Shown here piece by piece: positions 9,745 through 19,811 of a stretch of DNA of 64,000 nt; position 1 is the stretch's first letter, and every line of letters begins with the position of its first letter. The DNA is taken from assembly GCA_963720545.1 (NCBI GenBank), contig OY970399.1, positions 1,536,001-1,600,000 on the forward strand, in the 5' to 3' direction. Under the pieces are notes generated by a model. That model was not told where the DNA came from. It was given only the letters and a program-made list of their open reading frames with translations, and did no database searches. The DNA is from an uncultured Acidobacteriota bacterium. Its GTDB lineage: Bacteria > Acidobacteriota > Vicinamibacteria > Fen-336. Both the position numbers and the translations under genes were made by a program.

Positions 9745-10432
9745 CGGCTCGGCGCATCAGCTCGCGGGCCTGCTGGCCGGATTCGGGGCTGAGGAATTCC
9801 ACGTTGAGGCGGCGCACGCCGTCGCGGCCGACATAGGAGCCGCGCACCGAGCCGCGCGTCGAGAGCGCGCCCGATTCGATCACCAGCGTCACCTCGTCGC
9901 CGGGGCTCAGCCTGAAGGTGGTGAGCACGCGCGCCCCCCCTTCGGCGATCTCCTCGACAATCGTGGTCTCTTCGCGCGGCGCGGCGCCCGGGTTCATCCA
10001 GCGCAGCTGCGCGTTCAGGATCATGTTGTGGCGCGGGTGGCGCCGCGGCTTCTGCGCCGGCGGCGTGATGGTTTCGCCGCCGAACAGGAAGCGCCCGGTG
10101 GGGTTGTCCTTGTAGTCGCGCGGCGGACGCCTGCCGTAAAACATCACGCCCACCCTGGCCGGCTGGCTCGACGAGACGCTGCGCACGATGGCGTAGACGT
10201 GATACGTCGAGTCGACGACGTCGTGGCGCCGCAGGCTCTTCGGCAGGGGCAGGGCCAGCTCGAGCACCTGGCCGACGAACACCGGATGCTTGATGTTGAA
10301 GCCGACCCCGCCGATCGAGACGTCGGTGCTGGTCGTCATCTCGTCCCACTGCACGCCGGGCGCCGAGTAGCCGCGCACCATGATCGGCAGCGGCACGTTG
10401 CGGCGTTCCTGGCGGTCGCGGTTGTCGATCAT
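9734..10432 (-). CDS. Tandem PilZ-domain protein
   Basis: RQERR...DVSIGG and RRHPR...EIAEGG motifs; ATG at 10432 overlaps the ALDH stop. Confidence 0.78.
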   Translation of the reverse strand: MIDNRDRQERRNVPLPIMVRGYSAPGVQWDEMTTSTDVSIGGVGFNIKHPVFVGQVLELALPLPKSLRRHDVVDSTYHVYAIVRSVSSSQPARVGVMFYGRRPPRDYKDNPTGRFLFGGETITPPAQKPRRHPRHNMILNAQLRWMNPGAAPREETTIVEEIAEGGARVLTTFRLSPGDEVTLVIESGALSTRGSVRGSYVGRDGVRRLNVEFLSPESGQQARELMRRAGAP

Positions 10433-12105
10433 CAGAAGAGCTTGTCCAGGTTGCGCAGCAGCGACAGCGGCGACACCCGCCGCAGGAAGCGCGGCGACAG
10501 CAGCAGCCGCAGCTGGCTGCGGATGCGGCGCCAGCTGGAGGCCTCGTGCAGCGCGCGGTTGGCGCCCGCCATCACCGCGGCGAAATCGGCGCCGTACGGG
10601 TACCACCACAACATCCGGCGCTTGCCGTGCTCGGCGCTCAGGTACTTGACCTGCACCATCTCGCGCAGCCCGGCGACACCGTGCGTGCGCCCCACGCCGC
10701 TGCGCTTCCACCCGCCCCAGGGCGCCGTCGGTTCGCCGTAGCTCGCAACGCAGTCGTTGATGGTGACGGCGCCCGCTTGCAGTTCGCGATGCAGGCGGCG
10801 CCCGGTTGCCGCGCTATTGGTCCAGCCGCTGGCGGTGAGGCCGTAGTCGGAATCGTTGGCGAGCCCGATGGCTTCGTCGAGCGAAGCCACGCGCTGCACC
10901 GGCAGCACCGGGCCGAAGGTCTCTTCCGTCATGATGCGCATCGAGTGGTTGACGCCGGTGAGGATGGTCGGCGGGTAGAAGTTGCCGGCACCCGCGCCGC
11001 GTTCACCGCCCAGCAGCACCGCGGCGCCCTTCGCGACCGCATCGGCGACGTGCTCCTCGACGACGAGCCGCTGCCGTGCCAGCGTCAGCGGACCGACGTC
11101 GGTGTCGGCCGCCATCGGGTCGCCGACGCGAAGCCGCCCAGCCTCGGCCAGCAGCTTCTCGAGAAACGCATCGGCAACCCGTTCCTCGACGTACACGCGC
11201 TCGACCGACGCGCAGGTCTGTCCGGCATTGAGGAAGGCGCCCCAGACGATGCCGGCCGCGGCCCGGTCGAGGTTGGCGTCGGCGCACACCACCGCGGCGT
11301 CCTTGCCGCCGAGCTCCAGCACCACCGGCGTCAGGTTGGCGGCGGCCGCCGCCATCACCTTCCTGCCGGTCGCGACGCTGCCGGTGAAGACGATCTTGCC
11401 CAGCCGCTCGTCGCCCACGAGGGTGGCCGCGACACCATCGTCGGCCGCGCAGACGTTGACGACGCCCTCCGGCAGCCCGGCGCGCATGCACAGCTCGCCG
11501 ATGCGCAGCCCGGTCAGCGTCGTCGCCGGCGCCGGCTTCAGCACCACCGTGTTGCCGGCGATGAGCGCCGCGGCGAGTCCGGTCATGGGAATGGCGAACG
11601 GGTAGTTCCAGGGCGTGACCAGCAGGACGACGCCGTAAGGCTGGTACGCGACTGCCGCGTCCTTCTGCGCCATCAGCAGGATCTGGCTCGCGACGCCTTC
11701 CTCGCGCAGCAGCTCTTCGCCGTGCAGGGCGGCGTGCTTCAGTGCCTCGAGCACGGGAAAGATCTCGGCGGCATGCGCCTCGGCGATGGGCTTGCCCTGC
11801 TCGCGGGCGATGAGCCGCGCGACCTGGTCGGAGTCGGCGAGCACCGCCGCGTGCAAACGCATCAGGTGCGCCGCGCGCCCGGCGAAGCCGAGCGCCGCCC
11901 ACGCCGGCTGCGCAACCGCGGCCGCGCCGATCGCCGCTTTTGCCTGTTGTTCGTCGAGCAGCGACACCTGGCCGAACGCCACGCCGGTCGCGGGGTTCAC
12001 GACCGGCAGCACGCCGCCTCGGCCAGACACCGGGCCGTTGTTCGTGAGCGAGTGGTGGATCGGGAGGCGAAGCGATTTATCAGCGACCACAGCGGGTGAC
12101 GCCAC
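10432..12105 (-). CDS. Aldehyde dehydrogenase family protein
   Basis: PWNYP, FTGS, LELGGKD, NAGQTC, EETFGP, YGL motifs. Confidence 0.93.
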   Translation of the reverse strand: MASPAVVADKSLRLPIHHSLTNNGPVSGRGGVLPVVNPATGVAFGQVSLLDEQQAKAAIGAAAVAQPAWAALGFAGRAAHLMRLHAAVLADSDQVARLIAREQGKPIAEAHAAEIFPVLEALKHAALHGEELLREEGVASQILLMAQKDAAVAYQPYGVVLLVTPWNYPFAIPMTGLAAALIAGNTVVLKPAPATTLTGLRIGELCMRAGLPEGVVNVCAADDGVAATLVGDERLGKIVFTGSVATGRKVMAAAAANLTPVVLELGGKDAAVVCADANLDRAAAGIVWGAFLNAGQTCASVERVYVEERVADAFLEKLLAEAGRLRVGDPMAADTDVGPLTLARQRLVVEEHVADAVAKGAAVLLGGERGAGAGNFYPPTILTGVNHSMRIMTEETFGPVLPVQRVASLDEAIGLANDSDYGLTASGWTNSAATGRRLHRELQAGAVTINDCVASYGEPTAPWGGWKRSGVGRTHGVAGLREMVQVKYLSAEHGKRRMLWWYPYGADFAAVMAGANRALHEASSWRRIRSQLRLLLSPRFLRRVSPLSLLRNLDKLF

Positions 12106-12111
12106 GGCCCA

Positions 12112-13758
12112 TTATCCCCCGATTACGACCGGGGGTTCGATGCCGCGCGGCGCGGTCGCGCGCGGATCGTCGGGAAGGAGCTGCGGTCCGTACTGGTCCG
12201 CCTTTTCGTCCCGCCGCCAGCGCCGCGGCACGCGTTCGATGCCCATCGGAAACAGGGTCAGGCGGCCCTCGGCATCGATATGGAAGCGCAGGAAGTTCTT
12301 GAAGTCGGGGATGCGCAGCGCCGAAAAGGCCTCGTTGGAGTGCCGGCCGAAGACGTTGAGCGAAACCAGGAAATAGATGCCGATGACCACCGACCCGAGC
12401 AGCCAGCCGCCGCCGAAGATGACCGCCGCCTTGGCCAGGTCGCGCAGCATCGCCTCGCCTTCCATGAACTGCGGCAGGTGGCGTGCGGCGCGCGCCAGCA
12501 TCACGGCGAGTCCGACGTTCACGAGGCCGTGCAGCGTTCCGGCGACCCGCCGGTACGACCGCCAGTGCGTGTCGGTGAACAGCACGTACCCGGCGCACAC
12601 CACCGCGGCGCCGAGCAGGCGGCCGAGCCCGCCCTGCGCCCACGACCAGGCGGTAAACGCGTAGATGATGCCCGTGACGACGCCGAACTTCGGGTTGATG
12701 AACGCAAACAGCAGGTTGCGCCAGGCGAGGCGCCGCGACTTCGCGGGCTCGGGATAGGCCGCCTTCAGCCTGAAGCCACCCGGCAGTTCGTCCGTGCCCA
12801 GGGAGTGCGTGGCATGGAGGAAAGCGCCGCCGCCGCCGGCTGTGACCTTGTGGATGCCGCCGTCATTTTCGTGGCGCCGGTAGTGATGGAGGTCGCCCGC
12901 CAGGTACAGCACCACGCGCGCGCCCTGGCGCTCCAGCACCTTCTCGAAATAGCGGATGTTGTTCTCGTTGGCGTCGGGATCGACCTCGCCGTACATCGGG
13001 GCATACACCCAGTGCGGCTCGGCGGTGCAGAGGATGACGCGGTCGCCCGGCTGCATGCGCGACGCCACCTTCTTGAAATACGCCACCTGGAAAGCGTCGA
13101 TATCCGAACCGAGCTGCACGTCGGCGCCGAGGAGCCAAAAGCCGTGCGGCAGCTTGAGCGCGAAATAGCTGCGCTTCTGCGCCGTCCGCCAGCCCTGGAA
13201 CCAGCGGCCGCTGCAGAACAGGCGCGAGAACGACACCAGGCTGTCGTACCAGTCGTGGTTGCCGGGAATCGCGAACACCGTCGGTTCGGGCGCGCGCGAG
13301 TAGTCGCGCGCGGTCTCGAACGGCCGCACCAGCCGACGGTGGTACTCGCCGCGGCTGGCGGACGGATAGACGCAGTCGCCGCCGAGAATGAGGATGTCGC
13401 CGCAGCGGGTCTCTGCCGCGGCACCGCCGGCACCGGCGGCGGCGAGCGTCGGCCGCGTGATCCAGTAGGCGACCGCATAGGTGCTGTCGAAGCCATCGCC
13501 GGTGTCGGCGAGGTAGTCGAACCAGATCTCGCTGCGCGGCTCCCCCGCGGCGTGGGTGAAGTCGTACTCGGCGTCGGCGCCCTGCGTCGCGAGCGCCTCG
13601 ACCAGCCGGTAGTCGGAGTGACGGCCAAAAAGGGTCGAGATCAGCACGTTGCTCGCGACGCCGACGAGCGGTCCGGGATCGAACCAGCGCACCATCTTCT
13701 GGCGCTCGACCGGACCGGGCGTCGGCGCGACCTTGATGGTCGGTTCCTGAAAGGGCAC
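12112..13758 (-). CDS. Calcineurin-like metallophosphoesterase with C-terminal TM helices
   Basis: DTGDG, GGDCVY, PGNHDWYD, AGDLHHY motifs; hydrophobic C-terminal third. Confidence 0.82.
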   Translation of the reverse strand: MPFQEPTIKVAPTPGPVERQKMVRWFDPGPLVGVASNVLISTLFGRHSDYRLVEALATQGADAEYDFTHAAGEPRSEIWFDYLADTGDGFDSTYAVAYWITRPTLAAAGAGGAAAETRCGDILILGGDCVYPSASRGEYHRRLVRPFETARDYSRAPEPTVFAIPGNHDWYDSLVSFSRLFCSGRWFQGWRTAQKRSYFALKLPHGFWLLGADVQLGSDIDAFQVAYFKKVASRMQPGDRVILCTAEPHWVYAPMYGEVDPDANENNIRYFEKVLERQGARVVLYLAGDLHHYRRHENDGGIHKVTAGGGGAFLHATHSLGTDELPGGFRLKAAYPEPAKSRRLAWRNLLFAFINPKFGVVTGIIYAFTAWSWAQGGLGRLLGAAVVCAGYVLFTDTHWRSYRRVAGTLHGLVNVGLAVMLARAARHLPQFMEGEAMLRDLAKAAVIFGGGWLLGSVVIGIYFLVSLNVFGRHSNEAFSALRIPDFKNFLRFHIDAEGRLTLFPMGIERVPRRWRRDEKADQYGPQLLPDDPRATAPRGIEPPVVIGG

Positions 13759-13777
13759 TTTGCTGGTTCCGCGCGGA

Positions 13778-15286
13778 TTATAGCGACGGCTGAAAGAGCA
13801 CGCCGGGTGCCAGCTTGCCGCCGGGGTCGAGAGCCTGCTTCACGGCGCGCATCGCGGCGATGCCCTCCGCGCCGTGGAGCCGGCGCAGCATCTCCTGCTT
13901 CAGCGGGTTGCGGCCGACGCCGTGCTCGGCGAGCGGCGAGCCGCCGAAGGCGATGGCGCGGTCGGCCAGTTCGAGGAGGGCCTCGCGGCCGCTTCGGTAC
14001 TCGGCAAGCGAGCGCGGCAACACGTTCGCGTGCAGGTTGGCGTCGGAGACGTGGCCCCAGATCGCGTGGTCGAGCCCGCGCGCCGTGAACGTGCGGCGAT
14101 ACTCGGCCTGCATCTCCCACATGTGCGCGAACGGCACGATCATGTCGGCGGCAAGTTTCTGCACACCCGGATCGACGCTGCGCTGCGCGGCGGCGATGCG
14201 GTGGTTGACGAGCACCGGCACCGCCTCGCGCCAGCCAAAGAAGCGCGCGGCCGCGGCGCGTTCGCCGGGCATCGCCACCAGCACGGCGTCCGCGGCCAGT
14301 TCGTCGCCGGCGGCCCCCAGCAGTTCCTGCAGCGCCTGCGCACCATCGTCGGCGGCTGCCAGCTGCACCAGCAGCGCCCCGCTGGCCGGCGGCGGCGCAG
14401 CGGCGGCATCGGCCTCGCGCAGCAGCTCCAGGCAGCGCGCGTCGAGATACTCGATCGCCACCAGTGAACGTGCCGCTGCGCGCAGCGCGGCGGCGAGCGC
14501 CAGCGCGCCGCCTTCGCCGGGGCACGAAATCCATGCCGTGAGCATCGGCTCTCGCGGGAGGATGCGAAGCGTTGCCTCGAGCACGATGCCGAGCGTGCCT
14601 TCGCAGCCGATGAAGAGGTCGACGAGGTCCAGGTCGTTGCCGGCGTGATAGCCGGCCGAGCACTTGGGCACGGCTGGCAACGGGTAAGACGGCGCTGGCA
14701 CCGAAAGCGTCGAGCCGTCCGGGACCTCGACCTCGAAGCGTCCCAGGGCCGCGCGGCAGGCGCCGCGCTCGATATCGAGGACGTAGCCGCTCGCGAGCAT
14801 CACGCTCAGGCCCTCGACCCAGGCGCGCGTCGCGCCGTGGCGAAAAGTCTGGGCGCCGGCGGCGTTCGTCGCAATGGTGCCGCCGACGAAGGCGCCGTCG
14901 AAGGTCGGCGCGGGCGGATAGAACCGCCCGGCCGCGGCGAGATGCTGCTGCAGCGTGCGCAGCGCGACGCCCGCGCCGCAGCGCACCGTAGACAGGGTGG
15001 GTGGATCCAGCCGCGCCAGGTTTTCGGTCGCGAGCAGCCACTCGCCGCGTGGAGTCGCGCCGCCGGTCAGGGACGACTGCGCGCCGATGGCGAGCACCGC
15101 GGGCGCCGCGCGCAGCACCCAGGCGGCTTCGCCCTCGGTGCGCGGAAAGGCGGCAAGCGCCGCGCTGCCGCCCGAGGTGCTGGCCGCGTCCTTCAGGTAG
15201 CCGCCGGCATCCTCGCCGCGCAACAATCGCGGCTCACGGACCGCGCCGTGCGGTGCGCGCGCCTTGATGCGGTTCGTCGTGCTCAG
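13778..15286 (-). CDS. FAD-linked oxidase (GlcD/D-lactate dehydrogenase-like); start uncertain
   Basis: GAQSSLTGG, GGTIATNAAG, IGCEGTLGIV, WGHVSDANLH, AEHGVG, LDPGGKLAPG; likely coupled to the upstream stop near 15283. Confidence 0.85.
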   Translation of the reverse strand: MSTTNRIKARAPHGAVREPRLLRGEDAGGYLKDAASTSGGSAALAAFPRTEGEAAWVLRAAPAVLAIGAQSSLTGGATPRGEWLLATENLARLDPPTLSTVRCGAGVALRTLQQHLAAAGRFYPPAPTFDGAFVGGTIATNAAGAQTFRHGATRAWVEGLSVMLASGYVLDIERGACRAALGRFEVEVPDGSTLSVPAPSYPLPAVPKCSAGYHAGNDLDLVDLFIGCEGTLGIVLEATLRILPREPMLTAWISCPGEGGALALAAALRAAARSLVAIEYLDARCLELLREADAAAAPPPASGALLVQLAAADDGAQALQELLGAAGDELAADAVLVAMPGERAAAARFFGWREAVPVLVNHRIAAAQRSVDPGVQKLAADMIVPFAHMWEMQAEYRRTFTARGLDHAIWGHVSDANLHANVLPRSLAEYRSGREALLELADRAIAFGGSPLAEHGVGRNPLKQEMLRRLHGAEGIAAMRAVKQALDPGGKLAPGVLFQPSL

Positions 15287-15525
15287 CGCCGCAGGTGCCC
15301 GATCTTCGACTGCAGGAAAGCCCGCAGCCGGGTGAACTCTGCGAGCTCGCCGCGCTTCAGGCAGGCCGCCGCGTCCTGCGCCTTCGCCGCCAGTGCCGGC
15401 TGGTCCATGCCTTCCAGTTCCTCGCGCACCTGATGGATCTTCTCGGCGATGCTGTCGAGCGTGCCGACCCCCGTGGAGTTGAGGATTGCGAGCAGCACGT
15501 CGATGCGGGCCAGGGTGGGGGTCAC
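15283..15525 (-). CDS. Hypothetical small helical protein
   Basis: 80 aa, protein-like composition, fills the gap before trxB, -10-like box 6 nt upstream. Confidence 0.65.
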   Translation of the reverse strand: MTPTLARIDVLLAILNSTGVGTLDSIAEKIHQVREELEGMDQPALAAKAQDAAACLKRGELAEFTRLRAFLQSKIGHLRR

Positions 15526-15552
15526 GCGGCCAAGCTATCATTGAAGGAGATC

Positions 15553-16515
15553 ATGCCCAAGAAAAGCGAGTATCAGGTGGTCATCCTCGGTTCCGGCCCC
15601 GCGGGCCTGACGGCGGCCCTCTATGCCTCGCGCGCCGAACTGAATCCACTGGTCGTCGAGGGCGGCGGCGGTTCGGACCCCACCGACGTCGCCGGCGGCC
15701 AGCTGATGCTCACCACCGACGTCGACAACTACCCCGGCTTCCCCGAGGGGATCCTCGGCCCGGAGCTCATGGACCGGATGCGCCGCCAGGCGGAGCGGTT
15801 CGGCGCCGAGTTCGCGACCGGCGAGGTGACCGCCGCGCATCTTGGCGAGCGGCCGTTCGACCTGACCCTGAGCGAAGGCGAAAAAGTCAGCGCCGGGACC
15901 CTCATCGTCGCCACCGGCGCGCGCGCCAAATGGCTGAACCTGCCCGAGGAACTCGAGTTCCGCACCCGCATCGGCGGCGTCTCGGCGTGCGCCACCTGCG
16001 ACGGGTTCTTCTACAAGGGCAAGGACGTGGTGGTGGTGGGCGGCGGCGATACGGCGATGGAAGAGGCGACGTTCCTCACCAAGTTCGCGCGCAGCGTGAC
16101 GGTGGTGCACCGCCGCGCCGAGCTGCGCGCCTCGAAGATCATGCAGGAGCGCGCCCGGGCGAATCCGTCCATCAAGTGGCAGTTCGACAGCGTCGTCGAG
16201 AAGATCCTGGGCGGCGAGGGCGACGGCGTGACCGGCGCGCTCATCCGCAACCTCCACACCAACGCCGTCACCGAGATGAAGACGCAGGGCATCTTCATGG
16301 CGATCGGCCACGAGCCCAACACCGCGGTGTTCAAGGGCGTTCTCGACATGGACAACGGCGGCTACCTGCAGACGATCGACGGCACCACCGAAACCAACGT
16401 CCCCGGCGTGTTCGCGGCGGGCGACGTCACCGACCACCGCTATCGCCAGGCCGTCACCGCCGCCGGCAGCGGCTGCATGGCGGCAATCGACGCGGAACGG
16501 TTCCTGAGCCACTGA
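15553..16515 (+). CDS. trxB: Thioredoxin-disulfide reductase
   Basis: ILGSGPAG, GGQL, SACATCDG, VGGGDTAMEEA, HRR, GVFAAGDV, YRQAVTAAG; AAGGAG before ATG 15553. Confidence 0.96.
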   Translation: MPKKSEYQVVILGSGPAGLTAALYASRAELNPLVVEGGGGSDPTDVAGGQLMLTTDVDNYPGFPEGILGPELMDRMRRQAERFGAEFATGEVTAAHLGERPFDLTLSEGEKVSAGTLIVATGARAKWLNLPEELEFRTRIGGVSACATCDGFFYKGKDVVVVGGGDTAMEEATFLTKFARSVTVVHRRAELRASKIMQERARANPSIKWQFDSVVEKILGGEGDGVTGALIRNLHTNAVTEMKTQGIFMAIGHEPNTAVFKGVLDMDNGGYLQTIDGTTETNVPGVFAAGDVTDHRYRQAVTAAGSGCMAAIDAERFLSH

Positions 16516-16519
16516 CTCC

Positions 16520-17698
16520 TTGAAGATCCTGTTCCTCGCGCCCCAGCCGTTCTTCGAGGTGCGCGGAACGCCGCTGGCGGTGCGGGCGATGGTCGCTGAG
16601 CTGGCGCGGCTCGGGCACCAGGTGGAGCTCCTGACGTATCCGCAGGGAACTGCCGTCGATCTTGGCAACGTGCGCCACCTGCGCAGCCTGCCGCTGCCGG
16701 TCGGGCGGGTAAAGCCGGGCGCGTCGTTCGCGAAGCTCATCCTCGACGTGCCGTTCCTCGTGGCGGCGAAATGGCGGCTCATGACCGGCCGCTACGACGT
16801 CGTGCATGCGGTCGAAGAGGCCGCGCATCTCATCGCGCCCGCGGCGCATCTCTTGCGCGTGCCGCTGGTCGCCGACGTCGACTCCTCGATCCCCCACCAG
16901 CTTCGCTATTCGGGCTTCGCCCGGCGCGGCCCGATATTGTGGGCGGCGCGCGCGCTCGAATCGTTCGCGCTGCGCCATGCGGTCGCGGCGATCACCGTGT
17001 GCCGCAGCCTCACCGACGTGGTGCGCGAGGCGGCGCCACGCACGCCGGTGTTCCAGATCGAAGACCCGCCACTCGTCACTGCCGTCACCACCGACCTGGC
17101 GCGGCTCGGCGAGCTGCGCGCGCGGCTTTCGCTGGGACCCCTGCCGATCGTCCTCTACACCGGCAACTTCGAGAAGTACCAGGGCGTCTCGCTGTTGGTC
17201 GAAACCTCTGCCCGCGTCGACGGCGCCACTTTCCTGGTGGTTGGCGGCCGGCCCGGCGAGGTCGAAAAGCTGCGTGCCGTCGCCGCAATGGCAGGCGTCT
17301 CGGACCGGGTCGTCTGCACCGGCGCGCGCCCGCCCACAGAGCTCGCCGATTATCTCGGCCTCGCCGACGTGCTGATCTCGCCGCGCACCGAAGGCACCAA
17401 CACGCCCTTCAAGCTGTACACGTACATGGCCTCGGGCAAGCCGGTGGTCGCGACGCGCATCGAGTCGCACACCCAGGTGCTCGGCGACGACACGGCGTTC
17501 CTGGCCGAACCCACCGCCGAATCGCTGGCAGCGGCGGTGCGCGAAGCGATCCTGCATCCGGCGATGGCCGCCGCCCGGGCGGCGGCAGCCCAGGCGCTGC
17601 TCGGGCGCGAATACAGCCAGGAACGCTACGCGCAGAAAGTCACGGCGGCGTACGCGGAGATCGAGCGCCGCATCGCGGCGCGGCGCGGCGCACGCTAG
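16520..17698 (+). CDS. Glycosyltransferase family 4
   Basis: GT-B architecture; YTGNFEKYQG and PFKLYTYMASGKPVVAT. Confidence 0.88.
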   Translation: MKILFLAPQPFFEVRGTPLAVRAMVAELARLGHQVELLTYPQGTAVDLGNVRHLRSLPLPVGRVKPGASFAKLILDVPFLVAAKWRLMTGRYDVVHAVEEAAHLIAPAAHLLRVPLVADVDSSIPHQLRYSGFARRGPILWAARALESFALRHAVAAITVCRSLTDVVREAAPRTPVFQIEDPPLVTAVTTDLARLGELRARLSLGPLPIVLYTGNFEKYQGVSLLVETSARVDGATFLVVGGRPGEVEKLRAVAAMAGVSDRVVCTGARPPTELADYLGLADVLISPRTEGTNTPFKLYTYMASGKPVVATRIESHTQVLGDDTAFLAEPTAESLAAAVREAILHPAMAAARAAAAQALLGREYSQERYAQKVTAAYAEIERRIAARRGAR

Positions 17699-17704
17699 CC
17701 GCAG

Positions 17705-19810
17705 CTACTGGAAATCGCGGGGAATCGTCTCCTCGTAGTTCTTCTCGCGGATCACCGTGCCGTCCTGCAGCATTCGTTTCTTCGAGATGAAGTAAAAGTT
17801 CTTCAGGTCGCTCTTGAACAGCACGTCGTTCTCGAAGCGCAGCCTGCGGTTCGCAAGCTCGAAGGTGAGCGAGTAGGTGCCGTGCGCGGAGGCTGCTTCG
17901 GGATGGTCGTCCGACAGCTGGTGCACGATCTTCTCGTCGAAGAGTTCCTTGCCCCACGGGAATTGCGAGCCGCTCTTGTTGATGGCGGTGACGGTGGTGG
18001 TGCGGGTGGGAATGTCGCGCTCGATGCGTGAGACCTCGCCGTAGCCCGACGACGTTTCCTCCGGTTCCTCGAGCGTCTGGTAGCCGGGCATGTCGGGGGC
18101 GGCTTCCGGCGGCAGGAATTGCGGCCTGCCCAGCGGCGCTTGCGGCTGGCCGGGGATGACAGGCAGCGTGACGCGCGTCGGATCGGTTCCGCCGAGGCGC
18201 AGCGTCGTCGTCATCTTGTAAGGCGTGGGCCACAGCATCGGCCACTGCGCGTTCGCGACGGTGAAGCGCATGCGGTGGCCCTTCGCGAACACCCACGAAG
18301 TGAAATGCATCTCGATGTCGAGCGGGAACTCCTTGCCGGGCTCGAGCGCCTCGGGATTCTCGGCGGAGTGGCGGTGCGCGCCGTTGAAGCCGGCTGCCGC
18401 CACCTGCGTGACGGTGCCGTCCGCGGCCACGTCGCTGAGGCGCACGTACCAGTGGGCGAGCGGCGCGTCGGCCGAGACGTTGAGGTGGGCCACCGGCAAG
18501 CCGAGGATCTCGAGCGACTCCGGCACCGGGTCCGAATCGTAGACGAGGCTGAGCGCATCGGTCGGCCGCTGGTCGGGCGCGACATCGCCGAACCACATCA
18601 CCGGGCCGCCCGCCTCGATTCCCGACGTCGGCACGTAGCGCAGCCGGTGCGTGGCGGCAGGCGCCGCTGCCGCCGCGAGCGTGTGGTTGGGCTGCGGCTG
18701 CATCACCTGCGGCCGGGTGCGCGCGATGGGCCAGCCGGCCTCCCAGCGCCACTTCCCCGGAGCCACGTCGAGGTGCGGGCCGGGCGGGTGCCAGTCGCGC
18801 ACGTAGACAGCGAACCGCGGCTCTTCCATGATCCCGGTTTCGCGGCCCTTCAGGAACTTGTCGAAGAAGCGCACCGCCTCGTGGCGCCACTCCATCCCCG
18901 GGTTCGGGTACGGCTCGTGCGGGAACGCGTGCGACCACGGCCCGATCATCGCCTTCATCGGCGCGCCCTTCACGTGCTCGAGCATGCGCGGCAGCGAGTC
19001 GCGGTAGCCGTCGTACCAGCCGCCGATCAGGAACCCCGGGACCTTGATCGAGTCGTAGCGCTCAACGAGCGCGGTGCGCTTCCAGAACGCGTTGTAGCGC
19101 TGTTGCGGCTTGTAGGTGAGCATCCATGGCGGGGTGTCGAAGCGCTCCTTGAAGAGCGCCTCGTCGATGCGGAAATCGGGCGCGCCCGGGAGCGAGTTGT
19201 GCAGGTCCTGGCTCATCTCCCACGAGTCCACGTGGATGATGCCGTCCATGAAGTGCACGTCGTCCTGGTAGAGGTCGTCGGTGGCGTCGATCGCGATGAA
19301 GGCCTTCAGCGCGGGCGGGTTGCGCATCGCCATGTGGATCGAGTTGAACCCGCCCCACGAGATGCCGAACATGCCGACGTTGCCGTTCGCGAACGGCTGC
19401 TTCGACAGCCAGTCGATCACGACCTCGCCGTCCTGCTGCTCGATGTCGCTGTACTCGTAGGGGATGATGCGCCCGGTGCTGTTGCCGGTGCCGCGGATGT
19501 CCACCCGCGCCACCACGTAGCCGCGCTTCACGAAGTAGGAGTACATCGACCAGTTGCGGCCGCGCGACTCGGTCTTGCGGTACGGCAGGTATTCGAGGAT
19601 GACGGGAAAGCGCTCGCCAGCGGCGGCGCCGTCCGGCATGTAGAGGTCGGCTGCGAGCGTCACGCCGCCGGGCAGCGGAATCGTGGCGTCATCGAGGCGC
19701 ATGCCGTATTTCGCGGGCGATGCGGGAAGCGGCGCGGCAGCGGACGCCGCGGCCGGCGCCAGGGCGGCAAGGAATAGAAATGCGGCGGCTCGCGAGCGCG
19801 TTGTCCTCAT
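17705..19810 (-). CDS. Secreted CocE/NonD-family serine hydrolase
   Basis: Signal peptide, LPYRK, DIRGTGNS, GISWGG nucleophile elbow, IGPWSH, C-terminal PepX-like domain. Confidence 0.9.
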   Translation of the reverse strand: MRTTRSRAAAFLFLAALAPAAASAAAPLPASPAKYGMRLDDATIPLPGGVTLAADLYMPDGAAAGERFPVILEYLPYRKTESRGRNWSMYSYFVKRGYVVARVDIRGTGNSTGRIIPYEYSDIEQQDGEVVIDWLSKQPFANGNVGMFGISWGGFNSIHMAMRNPPALKAFIAIDATDDLYQDDVHFMDGIIHVDSWEMSQDLHNSLPGAPDFRIDEALFKERFDTPPWMLTYKPQQRYNAFWKRTALVERYDSIKVPGFLIGGWYDGYRDSLPRMLEHVKGAPMKAMIGPWSHAFPHEPYPNPGMEWRHEAVRFFDKFLKGRETGIMEEPRFAVYVRDWHPPGPHLDVAPGKWRWEAGWPIARTRPQVMQPQPNHTLAAAAAPAATHRLRYVPTSGIEAGGPVMWFGDVAPDQRPTDALSLVYDSDPVPESLEILGLPVAHLNVSADAPLAHWYVRLSDVAADGTVTQVAAAGFNGAHRHSAENPEALEPGKEFPLDIEMHFTSWVFAKGHRMRFTVANAQWPMLWPTPYKMTTTLRLGGTDPTRVTLPVIPGQPQAPLGRPQFLPPEAAPDMPGYQTLEEPEETSSGYGEVSRIERDIPTRTTTVTAINKSGSQFPWGKELFDEKIVHQLSDDHPEAASAHGTYSLTFELANRRLRFENDVLFKSDLKNFYFISKKRMLQDGTVIREKNYEETIPRDFQ

Positions 19811-19811
19811 T

